Assembly (NCBI GenBank): GCA_963701085.1
Contig: OY969561.1
Coordinates: 576,001 to 640,000, forward strand
DNA length: 64,000 nucleotides
Direction of reading: 5' to 3'
DNA from: an uncultured bacterium
Lineage (GTDB): Bacteria > Babelota > Babeliae > Babelales > Vermiphilaceae
A program made the translations under genes and the position numbers. The notes beneath the pieces were generated by a model. The model ran no database searches. It saw only the letters and a program-made list of their open reading frames with translations, and was not told the origin of the DNA. How positions within the stretch are numbered: position 1 is the first letter of the stretch; the number at the start of each line of letters is the position of its first letter. Positions 32,055 through 42,925 of this stretch are shown here, piece after piece.

Positions 32055-32146
32055 TGGTGGAGAGAGAGGGATTCGAACCCTCGATGCCTCTTTCGAAACA
32101 TACATGATTTCCAATCATGCTCCTTCAACCGCTCAGACACCTCTCC
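32055..32146 (-). tRNA. tRNA-Ser(GGA)
   Basis: GGAGAGGTGTCTGAGCGGTTGAAGGAGCATGATT-GGA-AATCATG, long variable arm, GTTCGAATCCCTCTCTCTCCACCA. Confidence 0.96.
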
Positions 32147-32159
32147 TCAATGAGGAAAT

Positions 32160-32972
32160 TTATTCCTGTGCATCAAGTTGTTGCAATGCTATTTCAACAT
32201 CACTTGGAGCTTCTTCAACCACAACGCTTTGGACGCCTTTTTTAGTTACTTGAGCATCGCCTGCAGCTTTTACATTCTTAGCAGCTTCTTTACCACGAGT
32301 AACAGCATCAGCAAGATATCCCAAAAGCAAGCTAATTGATTGAGGAGAATCATCATTTGCTGGAATAACAAAATCAACCAATGAAGGATCGGAATTAGTA
32401 TCAACAATTCCAATTACCGGAATACCCATCAACACAGCTTCTTTAACCGCTGATTGCTCTTTGCTAACGTCAACAATAACAATTGCGCCAACTGGCAATG
32501 CTAACTTTCTAATACCACCAACCGTTTTTTCAAGCTTGTCAGCAGTTTTTCTGTATAAGTTAAGCTCTTTTTTGGTATAAAAAGGATTTGATTCCGATTT
32601 TACCAAAATATCTTCGTAATGAAGCAATCTTGTTAAAGATTTTTTAACTTGACTGAAATTAAGCAAAGTTCCGCCCAACCATCTGTGATTAACGTAAGGC
32701 TGATTTAACTTAACCCCAATATCTTGAACAGTTTTTGATGCAGCTTTTTTAGTGCCTACCCACAAAACTGTTTTACCTTCAGCAGCTATCGACTCTAAGA
32801 ATTTTTCTGATTTGTCCAACTGGAAAGCAGTTTTGGAAACATCAATCAAATGAACCTTATTTTTGTAGCCCCAAATATATTGCTCCATTTTAGGACACCA
32901 ACGAGACTTTTGATGACCAAAATGAACGCCTGCTTTTACCAATTCTCCAAACAATTCTTTAAAATCTCTCAT
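32160..32972 (-). CDS. rpsB: 30S ribosomal protein S2
   Basis: AGVHFGH, RWLGGTL, IVDTNSDP, IPANDD. Confidence 0.98.
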   Translation of the reverse strand: MRDFKELFGELVKAGVHFGHQKSRWCPKMEQYIWGYKNKVHLIDVSKTAFQLDKSEKFLESIAAEGKTVLWVGTKKAASKTVQDIGVKLNQPYVNHRWLGGTLLNFSQVKKSLTRLLHYEDILVKSESNPFYTKKELNLYRKTADKLEKTVGGIRKLALPVGAIVIVDVSKEQSAVKEAVLMGIPVIGIVDTNSDPSLVDFVIPANDDSPQSISLLLGYLADAVTRGKEAAKNVKAAGDAQVTKKGVQSVVVEEAPSDVEIALQQLDAQE

Positions 32973-33037
32973 CCAAACATCCTTTATACTTTTATTTCAT
33001 TCATAGAAAGTGTAACAAAATAAGAGAAAAATGCAAT

Positions 33038-34468
33038 TTATACTGCATTCTTTCTATTAAAATCCCCTTCAGCCCCAATAACCTCATTATTAACAATCGC
33101 CTTCTCAAAGCGGCGACCTAACAAAAAGGCCACCCCAAACCACAAGCCGACTATCCCTGCGAAAAAGAAAGAATGAACCGGAAGCATGAATGATTCACCC
33201 ATTCTTGATGCAAAAATATTAAACATAGACCCTGCAGTTTTAGCAAACTTGCTCCCAAATGCATCAATCCATGATTTTGATTTAAACTTAATTTCTTTAA
33301 CCGTTGGTAAGTACAAGCTTTCTCGTACGGGAGAAAGGAATGCATAATTGAGTGCGGTAAACACAACAAAGGCATTTCGCAATGATTCTGGAGATGTTTC
33401 AAATACAAGGTAAAAGAGAATACCCCCCATAGAAAAAGGGATCAACATCAAACAAATACGGGTTCCAAGACGAGCTAACAACGCCTGCGTACCAACTAAT
33501 GAGATAATAAAGCCAACAAAATGCGCTTTAAATGCTATTTCAAACAATACCTTAGAAACATCAGAAATTGACCCTGCCCCAGCTTCTGCAACACCAAGAC
33601 GTAAATAGCCAAGCACCGTTGAAATTATTTCGTAAAAGAAGACCATACCAAAAATACCAAGCACATACGGATATTTTACAAACATTTCAAGCCCTGCAAA
33701 CATGCTTGGCTTAGCTACAACAGCAGTTTCACTTTTTTGCTTTTCAAGCTGATATGCCGCTTCATATCCATGTAATAAATGGCCAGGAACTGTTTTAATA
33801 AATAGTACTGCAACAACCGGAACTACTGCCAGAAAAAGCGAAGAAATTACTAAAATCAATTGGTGTGCCTCAACATGAGTTAAACATGGTTTGAGCAATT
33901 GAGCACTGAGTCCAAAAATATACCATGCCAAAGCCGCTGCAACCATGCCTCCAATTTTTGATCCTGCCACCATGTAGCCATAATTTCTTTTTGCTTCAGC
34001 AGGACTATTGACTGAATTGGCTAGTGCCCAAAAAACACTCACCACAAATGGTGAATAGCCTTCAACAAAGAAATAAAAAAACCAACCAAACAAACGGGAT
34101 GGATGCGCATCAGTATTGAGGATACCAATTGTTGGATGCCCTATATAATAGGCAAAAATAAGATTCGCCAACCCAAACACAACACTATAAAAAATGAGGA
34201 GCTGATAGCGACGAATTTTATCAACCAACCGCGAATAGAAAAAAATAGCGGGAACAAGCATGAGCATGGAAATAACTTTTACCCAAGGTATATATTCTTT
34301 TCCAACCGTTCCCAAAAAAATTGCGCTTTTAAGATCACGAGTTACGGTATATGCTCCAACAACAAGGAAATAGAGAAGCGACAAAAAGAAAAGTTTCATC
34401 CGCTCTTGTGGCTCAATCTCAAACAACCCACACACCATTTGTTTAACTCTAGATAACATTCTAACCAA
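33038..34468 (-). CDS. Nucleotide / ADP-ATP translocase (TLC/Npt family)
   Basis: About 12 TM helices, RDLK, SVFWALAN, LYLPT...KFKSKSWID. Confidence 0.88.
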   Translation of the reverse strand: MVRMLSRVKQMVCGLFEIEPQERMKLFFLSLLYFLVVGAYTVTRDLKSAIFLGTVGKEYIPWVKVISMLMLVPAIFFYSRLVDKIRRYQLLIFYSVVFGLANLIFAYYIGHPTIGILNTDAHPSRLFGWFFYFFVEGYSPFVVSVFWALANSVNSPAEAKRNYGYMVAGSKIGGMVAAALAWYIFGLSAQLLKPCLTHVEAHQLILVISSLFLAVVPVVAVLFIKTVPGHLLHGYEAAYQLEKQKSETAVVAKPSMFAGLEMFVKYPYVLGIFGMVFFYEIISTVLGYLRLGVAEAGAGSISDVSKVLFEIAFKAHFVGFIISLVGTQALLARLGTRICLMLIPFSMGGILFYLVFETSPESLRNAFVVFTALNYAFLSPVRESLYLPTVKEIKFKSKSWIDAFGSKFAKTAGSMFNIFASRMGESFMLPVHSFFFAGIVGLWFGVAFLLGRRFEKAIVNNEVIGAEGDFNRKNAV

Positions 34469-34500
34469 GACCTTTCTGCTGAATCTTACGGTGTTTTGCC

Positions 34501-34540
34501 AAAAAACGCCTTCTAAAAAATCAATTAGAAGGCGTTTTTT
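34501..34540 (-). terminator. Intrinsic terminator between the two translocase genes
   Basis: AAAAAACGCCTTCTAA...TTAGAAGGCGTTTTTT. Confidence 0.8.
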
Positions 34541-34568
34541 AATTACTTACTCAATAGTCAATAACATA

Positions 34569-35930
34569 TTAACATACAATACGTTTTTCTTTGATTGCTT
34601 TGTCATAGGTTTTAGCAACATAAATTGCAACTAAAAGCCATACACCAACAAGACCAAAAGAAATTATTGAACTGAACATCAAGAAACGAGCAACGCCATC
34701 GATTGCGCCATGATGCGCTACCAACGGTGCGCGGAATGTATTAATGTATGAGCCACTTCCTTTTGAGAATCGGCCGCCAAACATTTCAATCCATGCTTGT
34801 GCTTTATACTTAGTATCTTTTGATGTTGGAATATAAAGCTGTTTTAATGTTGGCTGATTCAACGCATAGTTAACTGCTTTTGAGAACACCATAATCCAGA
34901 AACCCATAATCAGTGATTGTGGATTAAATTTAATCAAAAGAACAGCGCATGCTGTTAACACAGGAAGCATTAATAATGATGCTCTCATACCCAAAACACG
35001 CTGAATGCTATTAATACCAAATAACACACACAATGTTGAAACAACACCGGTCATTGTTGCATACGATGCCAAATAAGCACCTACTTCAGCTTCATTAGTA
35101 AACGCTGTAGAAACACTCATTTTAAAGTGAAAATCAAGAACCGTTACGATAACTTCAAAAATGGTGATAATAAGGAACAAGCCGAGCAAGTAACCGCGCG
35201 TTACTAAAAGCTTTAATCCTTCAAAGAACCCTGGTTCGCTCTCAACTTCAGCTTCTTCACCTTCTGCACGGTATCCTTTAAGCTGTGATGCTGGCGTTAC
35301 GTGCATAAATCCCCAGAACATAAAACCAATCACAAACAAAAGACACGATAAAATACCAACTACAGGTGCGCTATTAGAAAAACCAAGTTTCTTAGCATTA
35401 AGCAACCATGGTCCGATCATGTTTCCAACTTGCCCAAACAATGCTACAAGAGGGAATCCTCTTTTTGCTGATTCAGGAGAAGTCATATCGGTAACAATTG
35501 CCCAGAAAAGAGCAACCATCAATGAACCAAAACTTTCAACCCAAATATACCACATCCATCCCAAAATACGGGTAGGACTTTTTACGGTATTTGCAAGACC
35601 AATTGAAGGATCAGAAAAACATAAAAACATAATGAAAGCGATTACGCCGTAGAGAGCTGTTAAAAAATAAAAAACTTTGTGACGCGGAAAAGTATCAACA
35701 AGTTTACTATAGAGAATTACAATAGGAAAAATAATCACAAGAGATAGCACTTTTGCCCATGGTTGCCATTCCATACCAATCATTGCATTAAAAATACTAT
35801 CCTTCATTGGACGTAATGCCCAATAAATACCAATAATCCCACAAAAGATAAGTGCAAGAATGCCAAATTTCTTCAGCTCTTCCTTGCTCTCAAAATTTCC
35901 CCAAAGCATTGTAGCTAGACGTTTTAACAT
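34569..35930 (-). CDS. Nucleotide / ADP-ATP translocase (TLC/Npt family)
   Basis: LRPMKDS, ESFGSLMVALFW, AKRGFP, LYIPTSKDTKYKAQAWIE. Confidence 0.9.
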   Translation of the reverse strand: MLKRLATMLWGNFESKEELKKFGILALIFCGIIGIYWALRPMKDSIFNAMIGMEWQPWAKVLSLVIIFPIVILYSKLVDTFPRHKVFYFLTALYGVIAFIMFLCFSDPSIGLANTVKSPTRILGWMWYIWVESFGSLMVALFWAIVTDMTSPESAKRGFPLVALFGQVGNMIGPWLLNAKKLGFSNSAPVVGILSCLLFVIGFMFWGFMHVTPASQLKGYRAEGEEAEVESEPGFFEGLKLLVTRGYLLGLFLIITIFEVIVTVLDFHFKMSVSTAFTNEAEVGAYLASYATMTGVVSTLCVLFGINSIQRVLGMRASLLMLPVLTACAVLLIKFNPQSLIMGFWIMVFSKAVNYALNQPTLKQLYIPTSKDTKYKAQAWIEMFGGRFSKGSGSYINTFRAPLVAHHGAIDGVARFLMFSSIISFGLVGVWLLVAIYVAKTYDKAIKEKRIVC

Positions 35931-36308
35931 CGAGCAATCCTTCCGAATAAAAATAATGTTATTACTATAGAAACCTACTTTACCACCTAAATTTAGCAGA
36001 GGAATAATGATTTGTAAAAATTATATTATTTAATTATCAAAAAACAGCCTTTTTTGGAACTTAATATCACTTTTTGGCCATAATAGGCAAAAAAAAGGCC
36101 TACACATATAATGCAGGCCCTTCTCTACCCTAAACCCCTTCCGTAGAGGCCTGACAACAACATTTACAATTAGAAACATCTTTTTTCATTGACAAAAAAC
36201 AGCAACAATTTACTCTTAGAAGTAAGTAGTATTACTGCAAACATAAACAAGAATTTGAATATTTTGATAATCTAACCACTACAATTATCATCCACAGGGG
36301 GAAGCGCT

Positions 36309-38741
36309 ATGAAAACAGAAAAAACCAAAAAATTAAAAAAACAGGTACTTGAGCTTAATGAGGGCTCTCTTCCTCTCTTACCCCTCAAAAACGTAGCAAT
36401 GCTTCCAAAAAGCATTATTCCGGTTATTGTTGGCCGCGATATATCAATCAAAGCGGTAGAACATGCCTTAAAAACCAACCGCATGCTCTTTATTTCAGCA
36501 CAAAAAAATGCTACAACCGAGACTCCAAATAAAGACGATGTGTTCATCTATGGCACCCGCTCTACCATATTACAAGTCATGCGCATGCCAAACGGGCCAT
36601 TAAAAATACTTGCTGAAGGTCTCTGCAGAGCAAAAGCAACCCATTTTGAAGAACATGAAGACGGCTTTATCAATGTTACGTATGAAGACCTTCCAACGCC
36701 AAACATTGATCTTTCTATTGAACTTGAAGCAATGTGGCGTGAAACAGTTCATCTTTACGGCAATTATTCAGCACTTCATGATAAAGTTCCATCTGATCTG
36801 ATCTCAAAAGCAAAAACCATTCAAGATATTGATTACATGGTTGATACCATCGCTGTACACATTGATAATTTATCGCTTGAAGACAGACAAGCCATTTTGG
36901 AGCTACCTGATCTTAAATTACGCATGCTTAAATTATGTTATTTCTTAGAAAAGGAAATCGACATTCTCCAAACAGAGCAACGCATTCGTGGACAAGTTCA
37001 AACACAAGTTGATAAAAATCAACGCGAGTACTATCTCCACGAACAGATGAAGGCTATTCAAAAAGAACTTGGACGTGAAGACCAATCAGACGAAATTACC
37101 ACTATCAGACAAAAAATTAAAAATGCTGGGCTTTCTAAAGAAGCAAAGCAAAAGGTTGAAAGTGAATTAAAACGGCTTGAACAAATGCCTCCACTTTCAT
37201 CAGAGGCCGTTGTCAGCAGAAATTATATTGATTGGATTATATCATTGCCATGGCAAAACGTGAGCAAAGATACCATCAATATTGCGCAAGCGGACGATAT
37301 TTTAGACAAAAATCATGCAGGACTTAAAAAAGCAAAAGACCGCATTATTGAGTTCATTGCTGCAAAAAAATTCTCTAAAAATTTACATCGCTCACCCGTT
37401 ATTTGCCTTGTTGGCCCTCCTGGTGTTGGTAAAACATCATTGGCACGCTCAATTGCAGAAAGCATGGGGCGTGAATTTATTCGTATATCATTGGGTGGCG
37501 TACGGGATGAAGCTGAAATTCGTGGCCATAGACGCACTTATATTGGCGCATTGCCAGGAAAAATTATCCAAGCAATGAAAAAGGCAAATGTACTCAATCC
37601 AGTTATTTTGCTTGATGAGATTGATAAAATGTCACGCGATATGCACGGTGATCCTGCAGCAGCGTTACTCGAAGTGCTTGATCCAGAACAAAACAAAAAC
37701 TTTATCGATCATTTTCTTGATACAGGATATGATTTATCACAAGTTATGTTCATTGCAACCGCAAACATGATGGATCAAATTCCTTATCCTCTGTATGATC
37801 GCCTTGAAATTGTTAACCTTTCTGGATATTCAGATCATGAAAAGCTAGCAATTGCTAATCAATTCCTTATTCCAAAGAACTTAAAAGAATACAATCTCAC
37901 TAAAAAACAGTTCATCATTTCCGATGATATAATTTTATCCATCATTGATGAATACACAAAAGAAGCGGGTGTACGTCAATTGGAACGTATTATTGCAAAA
38001 TTAATGCGTAAAACCATCCAGCTCATTCTTAAGAATGACAAAATTAAATCGCACACAATCACCAAACCGCTTGTTTTAGAATGGCTTGGTAACTCTGCCC
38101 ATAAAAAAACAAGTATGAGTCAAAAAGCAGAACGCATTGGTCTCGCAACAGGTCTTGCATGGACTGAAGTTGGCGGTGATGTTTTAGAAATTGAAACATC
38201 AGTACTCACCGGCAAAGGTGGGCTTACGCTCACGGGACAACTTGGTGAGGTAATGCAAGAATCAGCACAAGCTGCAATGAGTTATATTAGATCACGCGCA
38301 AAAGATTTAGGGTTAAAACCAAATTTTTACTCAGCAAATGATATTCATTTGCATATCCCAGAAGGCGCAACACCAAAGGATGGCCCTTCTGCCGGCATCA
38401 CTATTTGCACAGCATTAGTTTCTGCATTGACCAACAATCCAACAAAACCAAAGCTTGCTATGACCGGTGAAATCACCCTGCAAGGAAGAATTCTTTCTAT
38501 TGGTGGCTTAAAAGAGAAACTTCTTGCGGCAAAACAACATGGATGCACTACCGTTATTGTTCCGCAAGAAAATGAGGACGATATCGAAGATGTCAAAAAA
38601 GAGATGTCTCTTGATGATCTCACCCTCAAATTTGTGAGCAATATGGATGAAGTGCTTAAAATTGCATTTATCAAGAATCCTTTTGATAAAAAAATACGGC
38701 CTATGAAAAAACGTCCAACTAAAAAAGTAAAAACAACATAA
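36309..38741 (+). CDS. lon: ATP-dependent protease La
   Basis: GPPGVGKTS, RGHRRTYIG, PKDGPSAG, IGGLKEK. Confidence 0.98.
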   Translation: MKTEKTKKLKKQVLELNEGSLPLLPLKNVAMLPKSIIPVIVGRDISIKAVEHALKTNRMLFISAQKNATTETPNKDDVFIYGTRSTILQVMRMPNGPLKILAEGLCRAKATHFEEHEDGFINVTYEDLPTPNIDLSIELEAMWRETVHLYGNYSALHDKVPSDLISKAKTIQDIDYMVDTIAVHIDNLSLEDRQAILELPDLKLRMLKLCYFLEKEIDILQTEQRIRGQVQTQVDKNQREYYLHEQMKAIQKELGREDQSDEITTIRQKIKNAGLSKEAKQKVESELKRLEQMPPLSSEAVVSRNYIDWIISLPWQNVSKDTINIAQADDILDKNHAGLKKAKDRIIEFIAAKKFSKNLHRSPVICLVGPPGVGKTSLARSIAESMGREFIRISLGGVRDEAEIRGHRRTYIGALPGKIIQAMKKANVLNPVILLDEIDKMSRDMHGDPAAALLEVLDPEQNKNFIDHFLDTGYDLSQVMFIATANMMDQIPYPLYDRLEIVNLSGYSDHEKLAIANQFLIPKNLKEYNLTKKQFIISDDIILSIIDEYTKEAGVRQLERIIAKLMRKTIQLILKNDKIKSHTITKPLVLEWLGNSAHKKTSMSQKAERIGLATGLAWTEVGGDVLEIETSVLTGKGGLTLTGQLGEVMQESAQAAMSYIRSRAKDLGLKPNFYSANDIHLHIPEGATPKDGPSAGITICTALVSALTNNPTKPKLAMTGEITLQGRILSIGGLKEKLLAAKQHGCTTVIVPQENEDDIEDVKKEMSLDDLTLKFVSNMDEVLKIAFIKNPFDKKIRPMKKRPTKKVKTT

Positions 38742-38767
38742 ACATTCATTATTAAGTGGAGTTCACT

Positions 38768-38977
38768 ATGAATAACAAATTGGCTACATTATTTTGCATT
38801 ACCGTACTTGCTCTTGCTCCTTCATGCAGCAAGCGCCAACAACCCTACTCTGCCAAGGCTACGAAGGGCACGAAATCTGTTGCTAAAGAAAACATTAACA
38901 CCATGATTGAATTAGATAATGCAGTTTTTGAAACTGAAGAAGCAACTGATGCAGAAAAATCGATTGTTAAATTTTAA
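38768..38977 (+). CDS. Small lipoprotein containing an in-frame family-B insert (38843-38872)
   Basis: Lipobox-like LAPSC; CCCTACTCTGCCAAGGCTACGAAGGGCACG = PYSAKATKGT in exact codon phase; followed by a terminator. Confidence 0.7.
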   Translation: MNNKLATLFCITVLALAPSCSKRQQPYSAKATKGTKSVAKENINTMIELDNAVFETEEATDAEKSIVKF

Positions 38978-38999
38978 TTCAAAAATTTTTGAGTACTCT

Positions 39000-39026
39000 A
39001 AGCCGCCCACAAGGCGGCTTTTTTTA
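39000..39026 (+). terminator. Intrinsic terminator
   Basis: AAGCCGCC-CACAA-GGCGGCTT followed by a T run. Confidence 0.85.
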
Positions 39027-39118
39027 TGGCAAAACAGCAATTCTTGCGAATAATACTTATCATCATGTAAAATATCTATAGTAACTATTATTTAATTATT
39101 TTATTTATATATTTTCCC

Positions 39119-39256
39119 GCGCTCGCCCTGAACTTGTTGAAGGGTTTTCTTCGAGCGCTCGAGGATATCCTTTATTCCCCAATTTCCTCTTCGTTTCAAT
39201 TGGGGTCCCCGTCGAAAGGTACTGAAGATGGGGTTAAACAAGCTCAGGACGAGCGC
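39119..39256. repeat. Family-A element with a nested double-hairpin (family C) insert
   Basis: GCGCTCGCCCTGAACTTGTTGAAGGG...GATATCCTT[CCCCAATT...AATTGGGGTCCCC...GATGGGG]...ACAAGCTCAGGACGAGCGC. Confidence 0.88.
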
Positions 39257-39312
39257 GGAAGAAGAATTAAAGCAAGTAATTAGTGCTATACCAAAAGGGG
39301 AAGGGATAGAAA

Positions 39313-39441
39313 ATGAAAAGAAATATTATGATCATATTCTGTTTTTTACTACTCGGATCGCTACCAAGTTGCAGAAAAAAAAGCCGTTCACAAAAACAAT
39401 TTGAAAAAAATACTAAAGCTCAGATGGCAAACAATCATTAA
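39313..39441 (+). CDS. Putative 42-aa lipoprotein
   Basis: Manual translation MKRNIMIIFCFLLLGSLPSCRKKSRSQKQFEKNTKAQMANNH; purine-rich RBS; overlaps the cmk 3' end. Confidence 0.4.
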   Translation: MKRNIMIIFCFLLLGSLPSCRKKSRSQKQFEKNTKAQMANNH

Positions 39442-40105
39442 TATACTTCATCATCTTTTCAGCCGTTTGTTGCACCGTTAATACTGAAGTATCAACCACA
39501 ATGGCATCTTTGGGTACAACAAGAGGTGCAATAATACGGTTTTTATCCCGATCATCGCGCTCTGTGATCAACACCATAGCCTCATCAAGAGAAAAGTGGT
39601 TGTCATAGCGTTCTTGATCTTTACGCCACCGCTCAGCACGAACAGCAACTGATGCTGTCACAAAAAATTTAACCTGCGCTTGCGGAAACACCACCGATCC
39701 AACATCACGACCATCAATAACAACATTGTAATCTCTTGCAATGTCACGCTGCATAGCAGTGACAGCTTTACGCACATCTTCATTCACACTAATTATTGAT
39801 GTTACCTGATCCATAAATTTATCTTTAAGATAGAGGGTAATATCATTTCCATCAAAAAAAACACGCTCCTGAGTAAGTTCGTCATAATAATAACGCAACT
39901 TTACCGGATCAGCGCACTGCTTAAGGTCTTCAACACGAATATTATTCAGTGTTTCTAATGTATAGCCATAATTATTAATCAAAAGATATGCAATCGCTCT
40001 ATACAACAATCCTGAGCACAAATAATAAAAACCCAACTTATCAGCTAAAATTCTACTAACCGTCGATTTTCCACTTGCTACAGGACCATCAATTGTGATA
40101 ATCAT
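39413..40105 (-). CDS. cmk: Cytidylate kinase
   Basis: ITIDGPVASGKST, SGLLYRA, DGRDVGSVVFP. Confidence 0.96.
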   Translation of the reverse strand: MIITIDGPVASGKSTVSRILADKLGFYYLCSGLLYRAIAYLLINNYGYTLETLNNIRVEDLKQCADPVKLRYYYDELTQERVFFDGNDITLYLKDKFMDQVTSIISVNEDVRKAVTAMQRDIARDYNVVIDGRDVGSVVFPQAQVKFFVTASVAVRAERWRKDQERYDNHFSLDEAMVLITERDDRDKNRIIAPLVVPKDAIVVDTSVLTVQQTAEKMMKYINDCLPSEL

Positions 40106-40108
40106 TTA

Positions 40109-40158
40109 AACCCCATCTTCAATTTTTTTCAATGGGGACCCCAATGAGGACCCCAATT
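40109..40158 (-). repeat. Family-C hairpin element forming the recJ C-terminus and stop codon
   Basis: 40109-40145 (minus strand) is 31/37 nt identical to 39199-39235. Confidence 0.75.
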
Positions 40159-41888
40159 GCAGATATTGCTATATCAACACCAATCAATTCAATATTTACC
40201 CGATCTTGCCAATGATTTTCTGATACACGTGCAGCCAAAATAAACGGCTGTTCATACTTCTCATTAAGCAACGCAAACAACTCAGGCCGATTAAAAAAAA
40301 TCACCGGTTTTATAACACCATCAGCAAACATAAAACATTTTACGTGTGCATCCTTTAACAGTTGTGGCTTTTGTACCTGCATTACATTATTCACGTAAAA
40401 AATTGGCTGATCATTACTATTACCGAATGGTTCAAGATGCTCTAAATCATCAATAAATTTTTTATTCAAATCAGACAGACTCACTTCTGCATCAACCTTG
40501 ATTTTTGGCTGTAAATCAAATGGCGTTAACTGAGATGCAACTAAAGATTCTAGTCGCGCTTTAAGCTCCGGTAAATTCTCTACTTTCAATGACAGACCGG
40601 CCGCAACAGAATGCCCTCCAAACTGCATAATTAAATCTGATGATGCAGTCAACGCATCAAACATATTGAACTCCGCAATCGACCGGCATGAACCTTTTGC
40701 AAGACCATCTTTTGTTAAATGAAATAATAATGTCGGCTTGCCATATGCAGAAACAAAACGTGATGCAACAAGACCAATAACACCCGCAGGCCAACTTTTG
40801 CTTGCAGCAATAATAACGTTTTCTTTTTCAAGATCAATATGCTTTAATCTGATCTGCTCTTCTATTTCTTCAACAATTGATTTCTCTATCGCTTTACGCG
40901 CTTCATTCATTTCCAAAAGCACGCGCGCAACTGTTTCTGCATTATCTACATCAGTACCAATTAAAAATTTTACTGCCTGACGCGGATCTTCTAATCTGCC
41001 AAGCGCATTAATTTGTGGCGTTATAGAAAAACCAATATCCATTGAAGACAACTTTGGTTTTGTTACTTTACCATTCGCTTTTAACAACTTGAATGACAAG
41101 CTCTCAATTTTATTAATATAATTAAGCCCATGACGCACCCAAAATCTATTTTCACCAATCAATGGCACCACATCGGCAACCGTGCCCAATAATAACAACT
41201 CATATGCTTTTGGCGGTAACTGTAATCCCTTTTTTTCATACAACAGAGAAATAAGTTTAAACGTTACACCAACGCCAGCGAGTGTTTTATGAGGATATCC
41301 GCAATCTATTTGGTTAGGATTGACGATCGCAAATGCATCAGGAACTTCACTATGCGGTCTATGATGATCAGTAATAATAAGATCTATTCCCAATTCTTTT
41401 GCACGTTTTGCTTGCTCAATTGCTGTAATACCATTATCAACGGTTATAATTACGGCATACTTATTTTCGGCAGCACGTTCAACTATTTTGGTTGATAACC
41501 CATAACCATCTTTTACGCGATTTGGTAAAAAGTAATTAATTTTTGCACCCAATGGCAATAAACAGATCATCATTAATGATGATGACGTAATGCCATCAAC
41601 ATCATAATCACCAAAGACTAACATTTGTTCTTGTTTTTCCATCGCAAGCAGAATTCTATCAACCGCCTTTTCTGCATCTTTCATCAGACGTGCATCGGCA
41701 ACGCTCGCTTCAAAGGTACTAAACAAAAATGATTCTATCTGATCTTCATCAATAAAACCACGCGTATACAGTACTTGCGCAACCGCAAAGGAGAGATTAT
41801 ACCGAGATGCAATCGCTGCAATCTTTTGCTGATCTGCTGCAGGAATTTTCCACAAATACTTTTGTCCGGAAATAATCTGATTGTTCAT
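40119..41888 (-). CDS. recJ: ssDNA exonuclease RecJ
   Basis: GDYDVDG, TVDNG, TDHH, GSCRS, FGGH, LEPFG. Confidence 0.97.
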   Translation of the reverse strand: MNNQIISGQKYLWKIPAADQQKIAAIASRYNLSFAVAQVLYTRGFIDEDQIESFLFSTFEASVADARLMKDAEKAVDRILLAMEKQEQMLVFGDYDVDGITSSSLMMICLLPLGAKINYFLPNRVKDGYGLSTKIVERAAENKYAVIITVDNGITAIEQAKRAKELGIDLIITDHHRPHSEVPDAFAIVNPNQIDCGYPHKTLAGVGVTFKLISLLYEKKGLQLPPKAYELLLLGTVADVVPLIGENRFWVRHGLNYINKIESLSFKLLKANGKVTKPKLSSMDIGFSITPQINALGRLEDPRQAVKFLIGTDVDNAETVARVLLEMNEARKAIEKSIVEEIEEQIRLKHIDLEKENVIIAASKSWPAGVIGLVASRFVSAYGKPTLLFHLTKDGLAKGSCRSIAEFNMFDALTASSDLIMQFGGHSVAAGLSLKVENLPELKARLESLVASQLTPFDLQPKIKVDAEVSLSDLNKKFIDDLEHLEPFGNSNDQPIFYVNNVMQVQKPQLLKDAHVKCFMFADGVIKPVIFFNRPELFALLNEKYEQPFILAARVSENHWQDRVNIELIGVDIAISAIGVLIGVPIEKN

Positions 41889-42109
41889 AAATTCTATCAA
41901 AAAAAATTGTTGCCATGCTATAAATGTATATTCAGATTAATACATATTTCACACAACAACAATCTCGTGAGTTATTTAAATTTTCATACATTAAAAAATT
42001 CATATTTAAGTTATTGATTATGTGGTGATTTTCTTAACATTTCATCATATATCCGCTACAATCAGCCCAATAATATAATCTTATAAAAATTTCAAAAAAA
42101 AGGATCTTC

Positions 42110-42884
42110 ATGAAAAAACATCTCTTAATTATGCTCAGCATCATCTCTATGCATGCTTATGCTATGGAAATGGAAGTTAAATCTACTAATCCTATTATTG
42201 ATCTGTCTAATATATCCCACTGAAATTCTCGATCTTATTGCACAATTTTTACCATTTCATGATTATGAAACTGAAGAAGAATTTATTGAACGCACCAAAG
42301 TATTAACATTCAAAAAGATACCTGAAAAATATCTTTTAGAATTTCCCGATACCTATAGAGGTATCAGATGCCTAGCATACAGCCCAGACAACGCAATAAT
42401 TGCTCTATCACAAGAAATTAGATACGTGATGAGTGCAATGATAAACTTAACCATTATTAATAGAAAAAATAATCAACAAAAAATACATACTTTCAATAAG
42501 CACGACGAATTAGCAGTCTCATGTGATGGGAATCTGGTTGCAACTCTTTATTTATTTTGTGGTCGTGATCAATCCACTAGAAACATGATATCACAATTTG
42601 CCTTATGCATCACTAATTTTTCTACAGACAAAAAGGAATTTCATGATATTCCTCCCTTTTTCCCACTACACGATGATCACCCTTCTATCGCTTTTAATAA
42701 ACAAGGAACAAACATCATTGCTCATGCTAAAGAGTCTCAACATATAATTTTTCCATTGACTGTTAACACGCCTGATCCAAATGCTGATCACAAAAAAACA
42801 TTCGCAAAATATTTTGCACAACGAGGAATTTGTAAAAATCTTACTGAACAAATTTCTCACATGAAATGTTTAAACAACAAATAA
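42110..42884 (+). CDS. Exported F-box-like / WD-like protein, copy 1 of a triplet (1-nt frameshift near 42206)
   Basis: Leader MKKHLLIMLSIISMHAYA|ME from ATG 42110 matches the next two copies; YPTEILDLIAQFL. Confidence 0.72.
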
Positions 42885-42925
42885 GCTCAACAATCTCATA
42901 AATTTTTCAAAAAAAAAGAATCTTC

